Part shown: positions 36,401 to 48,000 of the stretch, piece by piece | Layout of the letters: every line of letters starts with the position of its first letter | Numbering within the stretch: the first letter of the stretch is position 1 | Source of the DNA: Eledone cirrhosa | Taxonomy: Eukaryota | Direction: 5' to 3' | Assembly (NCBI GenBank): GCA_964016885.1 | Contig: OZ024740.1 | Location: forward strand, 77,252,001-77,316,000 | DNA: 64,000 nucleotides | Program-made: the position numbers and the translations under genes | The notes under the pieces: model-generated | Seen by the model: the letters and a program-made list of their open reading frames with translations, nothing else | What the model was told of the DNA's origin: nothing | Database searches by the model: none

Positions 36401-39400
36401 GGTGTTGGAGTTGGCGTTGGTGTTGGTGTTGGTGGTGGGGCTGGAGTGCTGTTGATGTTGATGTTGGTGTTGTTAGCGATGGTATTGGAGTTGGTGTTGG
36501 TGGTGGGGCTGGAGTGCTGTTGATGTTGATGTTGGTGTTGTTAGCGATGATATTGGAGTTGGCTTTGGTGTTGGTGGTGGGGCTGGAGTGCTGTTGATGT
36601 TGATGTTGGTGTTGTTAGCGATGGTATTGGAGTTGGCGTTGGTGTTGGTGGTGGGGCTGGAGTGCTGTTGATGTTGATGTTGGTGTTGTTAGCGATGGTA
36701 TTGGAGTTGGTGTTGGTGGTGGGGCTGGAGTGCTGTTGATGTTGATGTTGGTGTTGTTAGCGATGGTATTGGAGGTGGCGTTGGTGTTGGTGGTGGGGCT
36801 GGAGTGCTGTTGATGTTGATGTTGGTGTTGTTAGCGATGGTATTGGAGGTGGCGTTGGTGTTGGTGGTGGGGCTGGAGTGCTGTTGATGTTGATTTTGGT
36901 GTTGTTAGCGATGGTATTGGAATTGGCGTTGATGTTGGTGGTGGGGCTGGAGTGCTGTTGATGTTGATTTTGGTGTTGTTAGCGATGGTATTGGAGTTGG
37001 CGTTGGTGTTGGTGGTGGGGCTGGTGTGCTGTTGATGTTGATGTTGGTGTTGTTAGCGATGGTATTGGAGTTGGCGTTGGTGTTGGTGGTGGGGCTGGAG
37101 TGCTGTTGATGTTGATGTTGGTGTTGTTAGCGATGGTATTGGAGTTGGCGTTGGTGTTGGTGTTGGTGGTGGGGCTGGAGTGCTGTTGATGTTGATGTTG
37201 GTGTTGTTAGCGATGGTATTGGAGTTGGCGTTGGTGTTGGTGGTGGGGCTGGAGTGCTGTTGATGTTGATGTTGGTGTTGTTAGCGATGGTATTGGAGGT
37301 GGCGTTGGTGTTGGTGGAGGGCTGGAGTGCTGTTGATGTTGACTTTGGTGTTGTTAGCGATGGTATTGGAGTTGGCGTTGATGTTGGTGGTGGGGCTGGA
37401 GTGCTATTGATGTTGATGTTGGTGTTGTTAGGGATGGTATTGGAGTTGGCGTTGATGTTGGTGGTGGGGCTGGAGTGCTGTTGATGTTGGTGTTGGTGTT
37501 GTTAGCGATGGTATTGGAGTTGGCGTTGGTGTTGGTGGTGGGGCTGGAGTGCTGTTGATGTTGATTTTGGTGTTGTTAGCGATGGTATTGGAGGTGGAGT
37601 TGGTGTTGGTGGTGGGGCTGGAGTGCTGTTGATGTTGATTTTGGTGTTGTTAGCGATGGTATTGGAGTTGGCGTTGATGTTGGTGGTGGGGCTGGAGTGC
37701 TGTTGATGTCGATGTTGGTGTTGTTAGCGATGGTATTGGAGTTGGCGTTTGTGTTGGTGGTGGGGCTGGAGTGCTGTTGATGTCGATGTTGGTGTTGTTA
37801 GCGATGGTATTGGAGTTGGCGTTGGTGTTGGTGGTGGGGCTGGAGTGCTGTTGATGTTGATTTTGGTGTTGTTAGCGATGGTATTGGAGTTGGCGTTGGT
37901 GTTGGTGTTGGTGGTGAGGCTGGAGTGCTGTTGATGTTGATGTTGGTGTTGTTAGCGATGGTATTGGAGGTGGCGTTGGTGTTGGTGTTGGTGGTGGGGC
38001 TGGAGTGCTGTTGATGTTGATGTTGGTGTTGTTAGCGATGGTATTGGAGGTGGCGTTGGTGTTGGTGGTGGGGCTGGAGTGCTGTTGATGTTGATGTTGG
38101 TGTTGTTAGCGATGGTATTGGAGGTGGCGTTGGTGTTGGTGGTGGGCCTGGAGTGCTGTTGATGTTGATGTTGGTGTTGTTAGCGATGGTATTGAAGGTG
38201 GCGTTGGTGTTGGTGTTGGTGGTGGGGCTGGAGTGCTGTTGATGTTGATTTTGGTGTTGTTAGCGATGGTATTGGAGTTGGCGTTGGTGGTGGTGGTGGG
38301 GCTGGAGTGCTGTTGATGTTGATGTTGGTGTTGTTAGCGATGGTATTGGAGTTGGCGTTGGTGTTGGTGTTGGTGGTGAGGCTGGAATGCTGTTGATATT
38401 GATGTTGGTGTTGTTAGCGATGGTATTGGAGTTGGTGTTGGTGTTGGTGGTGGGGCTGGAGTGCTGTCGATGTTGATGTTGGTGTTGTTTGCGATGGTAT
38501 TGGAGGTGGCGTTGGTGTTGGTGGTGGGGCTGGAGTGCTGTTGATGTTGATTTTGGTGTTGTTAGGGATGGTATTGGAGTTGGTGTTGGTGGTGGAGCTG
38601 GAGTGTTGTTGATGTTGGTGTTGGTGTTGTTAGCGATGGTATTGGAGTTGGCGTTGGTGTTGGTGTTGGTGGTGGGGCTGGAGTGCTGTTGATGTTGATG
38701 TTGGTGTTGTTAGCGATGGTATTGGAGTTGGTGTTGGTGGTGGAGCTGGAGTGTTGTTGATGTTGGTGTTGGTGTTGTTAGCGAGGGTATTGGAGTTGGT
38801 GTTGGTGTTGGTGGTGGGGCTGGAGTGCTGTTGATGTTGATGTTGGTGTTGTTAGCGATGGTATTGGAGGTGGCGTTGGTGTTGGTGTTGGTGGTGGGGC
38901 TGGAGTGCTGTTGATGTTGATGTTGGTGTTGTTAGCGATGGTATTGGAGTTGGTGTTGGTGGTGGAGCTGGAGTGTTGTTGATGTTGGTGTTGGTGTTGT
39001 TAGCGATGGTATTGGAGTTGGTGTTGGTGTTGGTGGTGGGGCTGGAGTGTTGTTGATGTTGGTGTTGGTGTTGTTAGCGATGGTATTGGAGTTGGTGTTG
39101 GTCGCGGTGATGGAGCGCTGTTGATGTTGATGTTGGTGTTGTTAGCCATGGTATTGGAGTTGGCATTGGTGTTGGTGGTGGGGCGGGAGTGCTGTGATGT
39201 TGATGTTGGTGTTGTTAGCGATGGTATTGGAGTTGGTGTTGGTGTTGGTGGTGGGGCGGGAGTGCTGTGATGTTGATGTTGGTGTTGTTAGCGATGGTAT
39301 TGGAGTTGGTGTTGGTGTTGGTGGTGGGGCTGGAGTGCTGTGATGTTGATGTTGGTGTAGTTAGCCATGGTATTGGAGTTGGCATTGGTGTTGGTGGTGG

Positions 39401-42005
39401 GGCGGGAGTGCTGTGATGTTGATGTTGGTGTTGTTAGCGATGGTATTGGAGTTGGTGTTGGTGTTGGTGGTGGGGCGGGAGTGCTGTGATGTTGATGTTG
39501 GTGTTGTTAGCGATGGTATTGGAGTTGGTGTTGGTGTTGGTGTTGGTGGTGGGGCTGGAGTGCTGTTGATGTTGGTGTTGGTGTTGTTAGCGATGGTATT
39601 GGAGTTGGTGTTGGTGTTGGTGTTGGTGGTGGGGTTGGAGTGCTGTTGATGTTGATGTTGGTGTTGTTAGCGATGGTACTGGAGTTGACGTTGGTGTTGG
39701 TGGTGGGGCGGGAGTGCTGCGATGTTGATGTTGGTGTTGTTAGCGATGGTACTGGAGTTGACGTTGGTGTTGGTGTTGGTGGTGGGGCTGGAATGCTGTT
39801 TATGTTGATGTTGGTGTTGTTAGCGATGGTACTGGAGTTGACGTTGGTGTTGGTGGTGGGGCGGGAGTGCTGCGATGTTGATGTTGGTGTTGTTAGCGAT
39901 GGTATTGGAGTTGATGTTGGTGGTGGGGCTGGAGTGCTGTTGATGTTGATGTTGGTGTTGTTAGCGATGGTATTGGAGGTGGCGTTGGTGTTGGTGGTGG
40001 GGCTGGAGTGCTGTTGATGTTGATGTTGGTGTTGTTAGCGATGGTATTGGAGGTGGCGTTGGTGTTGGTGGTGGGGCTGGAGTGCTGTTGATGTTGATTT
40101 TGGTGTTGTTAGCGATGGTATTGGAGTTGGCGTTGATGTTGGTGGTGGGGCTGTAGTGCTGTTGATGTTGATGTTGGTGTTGTTAGCGATGGTATTGGAG
40201 GTGGCGTTGGTGTTGGTGGTGGGGCTGGAGTGCTGTTGATGTTGATTTTGGTGTTGTTAGCGATGGTATTGGAGTTCGCGTTGATGTTGGTGGTGGGGCT
40301 GGAGTGCTGTTGATGTTGATGTTGGTGTTGTTAGCGATGGTATTGGAGTTGGTGTTGGTGTTGGAGTTGGTGTTGGTGTTGGAGTTGGTGTTGGGGCAGG
40401 AGTGCTGTTGATGTTGATGTTGGTGTTGTTAGCGATGGTATTGGAGTTGGTGTTGGTGTTGGAGTTGGTGTTGGTGTTGGAGTTGGTGTTGGGGCAGGAG
40501 TGCTGTTGATGTTGATGTTGGTGTTGTTAGCGATGGTATTGGTGTTGGCGTTGTTGTTGGTGTTGGGGCTGGAGTGCTGTTGATGTTGATGTTGGTGTTG
40601 TTAGCGATCGTATTGGAGTTGGTGTTGGTGTTGGTTGTGGGGCTGGAGTGCTGTTGATGTTGATGTTGGTGTTGTTAGCGATTGTATTGAAGTTGGTGTT
40701 GGTGTTGGTTGTGGGGCTGGAGTGCTGTTGATGTTGATCTTGGTGTTGTTAGCGATTGTATTGGAGTTGGTGTTGGTGTTGGTTGTGGGGCTGGAGTGCT
40801 GTTGATGTTGATGTTGGTGTTGTTAACGATGGTATTGGAGTTGGTGTTGGTGTTGGTGGCGGGGCGGGGCGGGAGTGCTGTTGATGTTGATGTTGGTGTT
40901 GTTAGCGAAGGTATTCGAGTTGGCGTTGGTGTTGGTGTTGGTGGTGGGGCTGGAGTGCTGTTGATGTTGATGTTGGTGTTGTTAGCGATTGTATTGGAGT
41001 TAGCGTTGGTGTTGGTGGTGGGGCCGGAGTGATGTTGTTAGCGATGGTATTGGAGTTGGTGTTGGTGTTGGTGGTGGGGCTGGTGTGCTGTTGATGTTGA
41101 TGTTGGTGTTGTTAGCGATGTTATTGGATGTGGCGTTGGTGTTGGTGGTGGGGCTGGAGTGCTGTTGATGTTGATGTTAGTGTTGTTAGCCCTGGTATTG
41201 GAGTTGGCGTTGGTGTTGGGGCTGGAGTGCTGTTGATGTTGATGTTGGTGTTGTTAGCGATGGTGTTGGAGTTGGCGTTGGTGTTGGTGGTGGGGCTGGA
41301 GTGCTGTTGATGTTGATGTTGGTGTTGTTAGCGATGGTATTGGAGTTGGTGTTGGTGTTGGAGTTGGTGTTGGTGTTGGAGTTGGTGTTGGGGCAGGAGT
41401 GCTGTTGATGTTGATGTTGGTGTTGTTAGCGATGGTATTGGAGTTGGTGTTGGTGTTGGAGTTGGTGTTGGTGTTGGAGTTGGTGTTGGGGCAGGAGTGC
41501 TGTTGATGTTGATTTTGGTGTTGTTAGCGATGTTATTGGAGGTGGCGTTGGTGTTGGTAGTGGTGCTGGAGTGCTGTTGATGTTGATGTTGGTGTTGTTA
41601 GGGATGGTATTGGATTTGGCGTTGGTGTTGGTGGTGGTGTTGGTGTTGGAGTTGAGGCAGGAGTGCTGTTGATGTTGATGTTGATGTTCGTACTGTTAGC
41701 GATGGTATTGGATTTGACGTTGGTGTTGGTGGTGGTGTTGGTGTTGGTGGTGGGGCTGGAGTGCTATTCATGTTGATGTTGATGTTCGTACTGTTAGCGA
41801 TGGTATTGGAGTTGACGTTGGTGTTGGTGTTGGTGGTGGGGCGGGTGTGCTGTTCATGTTGATGTTGTGTTGCTAGCGATGGCATTGGAGTTGGTGTTGG
41901 TGTTGGTGGTGGGGCTGGAGTGCTGTTGATGTTGATGTTGGTGTTGTTAGCGATGGTGTTGGAGTTGGCGTTGGTGTTGGTGGTGGGGCTGGAGTGCTGT
42001 TGATG
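29310..42005. repeat. ~6.3-6.4 kb tandem duplication (junction ~35600-35637)
   Basis: Offsets step 6293 -> 6367 -> 6373 (one monomer, then one hexamer gained). ORF pairs: 29920/36287, 30881/37254, 31376/37749, 32116/38489, 33040/39413, 34336/40709, 35225/41598. Confidence 0.92.
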
Positions 42006-45000
42006 TTGATGTTGGTGTTGTTAGCGATGGTATTGGAGTTGGTGTTGGTGTTGGTGGTGGGGCTGGAGTGCTGTTGATGTTGATGTTGGTGTTGTTAGCG
42101 ATGGTATTGGAGTTGGTGTTGGTGTTGGAGTTGGTGTTGGTGTTGGAGTTGGTGTTGGGGCAGGAGTGCTGTTGATGTTGATGTTGGTGTTGTTAGCGAT
42201 GGTATTGGAGTTGGTGTTGGTGTTGGAGTTGGTGTTGGTGTTGGAGTTGGTGTTGGGGCAGGAGTGCTGTTGATGTTGATGTTGGTGTTGTTAGGGATGG
42301 TATTGGATTTGGCGTTGGTGTTGGTGGTGGGGCTGGAGTGCTGTTGATGTTGATGTTGGTGTTGTTAGCGATGGTATTGGAGTTGGTGTTGGTGGTGGTG
42401 GTGGGGCTGGAGTGCTGTTGATGTTGATGTTGGTGTTGTTAGCGATGGTTTGGGTGTTGGCGTTGGCGTTGGTGTTGGTGGTGGGGCTGGAGTGCAGTTG
42501 CTGTTGATGTTGGTGTTGTTAGCGATGGTTTGGGTGTTGGCGTTGGTGTTGGTGGTGGGGCTGGAATGCTGTTTATGTTGATGTTAGTGTTGTTAGCGAT
42601 GGTATTGGAGTTGGCGATGGTGTTGGTGTTGGTGGTGGGGCTGGAGTGCTGTTGATGTTGATGTTGGTGTTGTTAGCGATGGTATTGGAGTTGGCGTTGT
42701 TGTTGGTGTTGGTGGTGGGGTTGGAGTGCTGTTGATGTTGATGTTGGTGTTGTTAGCGATGGTATTGGAGTTGGTGTTGGTGTTGGTGGTGGGGCTAGAG
42801 TGCTGTTGATGTTGATGTTGGTGTTGTTAGAGATGGTATTGGATTTGGTGTTGGTGTTGGTGGTGGGGCTGGAGTGCTGTTTATGTTGATGTTAGTGTTG
42901 TTAGCGATGGTATTGGAGTTGGCGATGGTGTTGGTGTTGGTGGTGGGGCTGGAGTGCTGTTGATGTTGATGTTGGTGTTGTTAGCGATGGTATTGGAGTT
43001 GGTGTGGTGTTGGTGGTGGGGCGGGAGTGTTTTTGATGTTGATGTTGGCGTTGTTAGCGATGTTATTGGAGGTGGCGTTGGTGTTGGTAGTGGTGCTGGA
43101 GTGCTGTTGATGTTGATGTTGGTGTTGTTAGCGATGGTATTGGATTTGGCGTTGGTGTTGGTGGTGTTGTTAGCGATGGTATTGGAGTTGGCGTTGGTGT
43201 TGGAGTTGGTGGTGTGGCTAGAGTGCTGTTGATGTTGATGTTGGTGTTGTTAGCGATGGTATTGGAGTTGGTGTTGATGGTGGTGGTGGTGGGGCTGGAG
43301 TGCTGTTGATGTTGATGTTGGTGTTGTTAGCGATGGATTGGGTGTTGGCGTTGGCGTTGGTGTTGGTGGTGGGGCTGGAGTGCAGTTGCTGTTGATGTTG
43401 GTGTTGTTAGCGATGGTTTGGGTGTTGGCGTTGGTGTTGGTGGTGGGGCTGGAATGCTGTTTATGTTGATGTTAGTGTTGTTAGCGATGGTATTGGAGTT
43501 GGCGATGGTGTTGGTGTTGGTGGTGGGGCTAGAGTGCTGTTGATGTTGATGTTGGTGTTGTTAGCGATGGTATTGGAGTTGGCGTTGTTGTTGGTGTTGG
43601 TGGTGGGGTTAGAGTGCTGTTGATGTTGATGTTGGTGTTGTTAGCGATGGTATTGGAGTTGGTGTTGGTGTTGGTGGTGGGGCTAGAGTGCTGTTGATGT
43701 TCATGTTGGTGTTGTTAGAGATGGTATTGGATTTGGTGTTGGTGTTGGTGGTGGGGCTGGAGTGTTGTTGATATTGATGTTGGTGTTGTTAGCGATGGTA
43801 TTGGAGTTGGTGTTGGTGTTGGTGGTGGGGCTAGAGTGCTGTTGATGTTGATGTTGGTGTTGTTAGAGATGGTATTGGAGTTGGCGTTGGTGTTGGTGGT
43901 GGGGCAGGAGTGTTGTTGATGTTGATTTTGGTGTTGTTAGCGATGGTATTGGAGTTGGCGTTGTTGTTGGTGTTGGGGCTGGAGTGCTGTTGATGTTGAT
44001 GTTGGTGTTGTTAGCGATTGTAATGGAATGGGCGTTGGTGTTGGTGGTGGGGCTGGAGTGCTGTTGATGTTGATGTTGGTGTTGTTAGCGATTGTATTGG
44101 AGTTGGTGTTGGTGTTGGTGGTGCGGCTGGAGTGCTGTTGATGTTGATGTTGGTGCTGTTAGCGATTGTATTGGAGTTGGTGTTGGTGTTGGTGGCGGGG
44201 CGGGAGTGCTGTTGATGTTGATGTTGGTGTTGTTAGCGAAGGTATTCGAGTTGGCGTTGGTGTTGGGTTGGTGGTGGGGCTAGAGTGCTGTTGATGTTGA
44301 TGTTGGTGGTGGGGCCGGAGTGGTGTTGTTAGCGATGGTATTGGAGTTGGTGTTGGTGTTGGTGGTGGGGCTGGTGTGCTGTTGATGTTGATTTTGGTGT
44401 TGTTAGCGATGGTATTGGAGTTGGCGTTGATGTTGGTGGTGGGGCTGGAGTGCTGTTGATGTTGATGTTGGTGTTGTTAGCGATGGTATTGGAGTTGGCG
44501 TTGGTGGTGGGGCTGGTGTGCTGTTGATGTTGATGTTGGTGTTGTTAGCGATGGTATTTGAATTGGTGTTGGTGGTGGGGCTGGAGTGCTGTTGATGTTG
44601 ATGTTGGTGTTGTTAGCGATGGTACTGGAGGTGGCGTTGGTGTTGGTGGTGGGGCTGGAGCGCTGTTGATGTTGATGTTGGTGTTGTTAGCGATGGTATT
44701 TGAATTGGTGTTGGTGGTGGGGCTGGAGTGCTGTTGATGTTGATTTTGGTGTTGTTAGCGATGGTATTGGATTTGGCGTTGATGTTGGCGGTGGAGCTGG
44801 AGTGCTGTTGATGTTGATGTTGGTGTTGTTAGCGATGGTATTGGAGTTGGCGTTGGTGGTGGGGCTGGTGTGCTGTTGATGTTGATGTTGGTGTTGTTAG
44901 CGATGGTATTTGAATTGGTGTTGGTGGTGGGGCTGGTGTGCTGTTGATGTTGATGTTGGTGTTGTTAGCCCTGGTATTGGAGTTGGCGTTGGTGTTGGGG

Positions 45001-48000
45001 CTGGAGTGCTGTTGATGTTGATGTTGGTGTTGTTAGCGATGTTATTGGAGTTGGTGTTGGTGTTGGTGGCGGGGCGGGAGTGCTGTTGATGTTGATGTTG
45101 GTGTTGTTAGCGAAGGTATTCCAGTTGGCGTTGGTGTTGGTGTTGGTGGTGGGGCTGGAGTGCTGTTGATGTTGATGTTGGTGTTGTTAGCGATTGTATT
45201 GGAGTTAGCGTTGGTGTTGGTGGTGGGGCCGGAGTGGTGTTGTTAGCGATGGTATTGGAGTTGGTGTTGGTGTTGGTGGTGGGGCTGGTGTGCTGTTGAT
45301 GTTGATGTTGGTGTTGTTAGCGATGTTATTGGAGGTGGCGTTGGTGTTGGTGGTGCGGTTGGAGTGCTGTTGATGTTGATGTTGGTGTTGTGAGCGATGG
45401 TATTGGAGTTGGCGTTGATGTTGGTGGTGGGGCTGGAGTGCTGTTGATGTTGATGTTGGTGTTGTTAGCGATGGTATTGGAGTTGGCGTTGATGTTGGTG
45501 GTGGGGCTGGAGTGCTGTTGATGTTGATGTTGGTGTTGTTAGCGATGGTATTTGAATTGGTGTTGGTGGTGGGGCTGGTGTGCTGTTGATGTTGATGTTG
45601 GTGTTGTTAGCCCTGGTATTGGAGTTGGCGTTGGTGTTGGGGCTGGAGTGCTGTTGATGTTGATGTTGGTGTTGTTAGCGATGGTATTGGAGTTGGTGTG
45701 GTGTTGGTGTTGGGGCTGGAGTGCTGTTGATGTTGATGTTGGTGTTGTTAGCGATGGTATTGGAGGTGGCGTTGGTGTTTGTGGTGGGGCTGGAGTGCTG
45801 TTGATGTTGATGTTGGTGTTGTTAGCGATGGTATTGGAGTTGGTGTGGTGTTGGTGGTGGGGCGGGAGTGTTTTTGATGTTGATGTTGGTGTTGTTAGCG
45901 ATGTTATTGAAGGTGGCGTTGGTGTTGGTGGTGGGGCTGGAGTGCTGTTGATGTTGATGTTGGTGTTGTTAGCGATGGTATTGGAGTTGGTGTTGGTGTT
46001 GGAGTTGGTGTTGGGGCAGGAGTGCTGTTGATGTTGATGTTGGTGTTGTTAGCGATGGTATTGCAGTTGGTGTTGGTGTTGGTGGTGGGGCTGGAGTGCT
46101 GTTGATGTTGATGTTGGTGTTGTTGGCGATTGTAATGGAATTGGCGTTGGTGTTGGTGGTGGGGCTGGAGTGCTGTTGATGTTGATGTTGGTGTTGTTAG
46201 CGATTGTATTGGAGTTGGTGTTGGTGTTGGTGGTGGGGCTGGAGTGCTGTTGATGTTGATGTTGGTGTTGTTAGCGATGTTATTGGAGGTAGCGTAGGTG
46301 TTGGTGGTGGGGCTGGAGTGCTGTTGATGTTGATGTATGTGTTGTTAGCGATGTTATTGGAGGTAGCGTTGGTGTTGATGGTGGGGCTGGAGTGCTGTTG
46401 ATGTTGATGTTGGTGTTGTTAGCGATGGTATTGGAGTTGGCGTTGGTGTTGGTGGTGGGGCTGGAGTGCTGTTGATGTTGATGTTGGTGTTGTTAGCGAT
46501 TGTATTGAAGTTGGTGTTGGTGTTGGTTGTGGGGCTGGAGTGCTGTTGATGTTGATCTTGGTGTTGTTAGCGATTGTATTGGAGTTGGTGTTGGTGTTGG
46601 TTGTGGGGCTGGAGTGCTGTTGATGTTGATGTTGGTGTTGTTAACGATGGTATTGGAGTTGGTGTTGGTGTTGGTGGCGGGGCGGGGCGGGAGTGCTGTT
46701 GATGTTGATGTTGGTGTTGTTAGCGAAGGTATTCGAGTTGGCGTTGGTGTTGGTGTTGGTGGTGGGGCTGGAGTGCTGTTGATGTTGATGTTGGTGTTGT
46801 TAGCGATTGTATTGGAGTTAGCGTTGGTGTTGGTGGTGGGGCCGGAGTGATGTTGTTAGCGATGGTATTGGAGTTGGTGTTGGTGTTGGTGGTGGGGCTG
46901 GTGTGCTGTTGATGTTGATGTTGGTGTTGTTAGCGATGTTATTGGATGTGGCGTTGGTGTTGGTGGTGGGGCTGGAGTGCTGTTGATGTTGATGTTAGTG
47001 TTGTTAGCCCTGGTATTGGAGTTGGCGTTGGTGTTGGGGCTGGAGTGCTGTTGATGTTGATGTTGGTGTTGTTAGCGATGGTGTTGGAGTTGGCGTTGGT
47101 GTTGGTGGTGGGGCTGGAGTGCTGTTGATGTTGATGTTGGTGTTGTTAGCGATGGTATTGGAGTTGGTGTTGGTGTTGGAGTTGGTGTTGGTGTTGGAGT
47201 TGGTGTTGGGGCAGGAGTGCTGTTGATGTTGATGTTGGTGTTGTTAGCGATGGTATTGGAGTTGGTGTTGGTGTTGGAGTTGGTGTTGGTGTTGGAGTTG
47301 GTGTTGGGGCAGGAGTGCTGTTGATGTTGATGTTGGTGTTGTTAGCGATGTTATTGGAGGTGGCGTTGGTGTTGGTAGTGGTGCTGGAGTGCTGTTGATG
47401 TTGATGTTGGTGTTGTTAGGGATGGTATTGGATTTGGCGTTGGTGTTGGTGGTGGTGTTGGTGTTGGAGTTGAGGCAGGAGTGCTGTTGATGTTGATGTT
47501 GATGTTCGTACTGTTAGCGATGGTATTGGATTTGACGTTGGTGTTGGTGGTGGTGTTGGTGTTGGTGGTGGGGCTGGAGTGCTATTCATGTTGATGTTGA
47601 TGTTCGTACTGTTAGCGATGGTATTGGAGTTGACGTTGGTGTTGGTGTTGGTGGTGGGGCGGGTGTGCTGTTCATGTTGATGTTGTGTTGCTAGCGATGG
47701 CATTGGAGTTGGTGTTGGTGTTGGTGGTGGGGCTGGAGTGCTGTTGATGTTGATGTTGGTGTTGTTAGCGATGGTGTTGGAGTTGGCGTTGGTGTTGGTG
47801 GTGGGGCTGGAGTGCTGTTGATGTTGATATTGGTGTTGTTAGCGATGGTATTGGAGGTGGAGTTGGTGTTGGTGGTGGGGCTGGAGTGCTGTTGATGTTG
47901 ATTTTGGTGTTGTTAGCGATGGTATTGGAGGTGGCGTTGGTGTTGGTGGTGGGGCTGGAATGCTGTTTATGTTGATGTTGGTGTTGTTAGCGATGGTATT

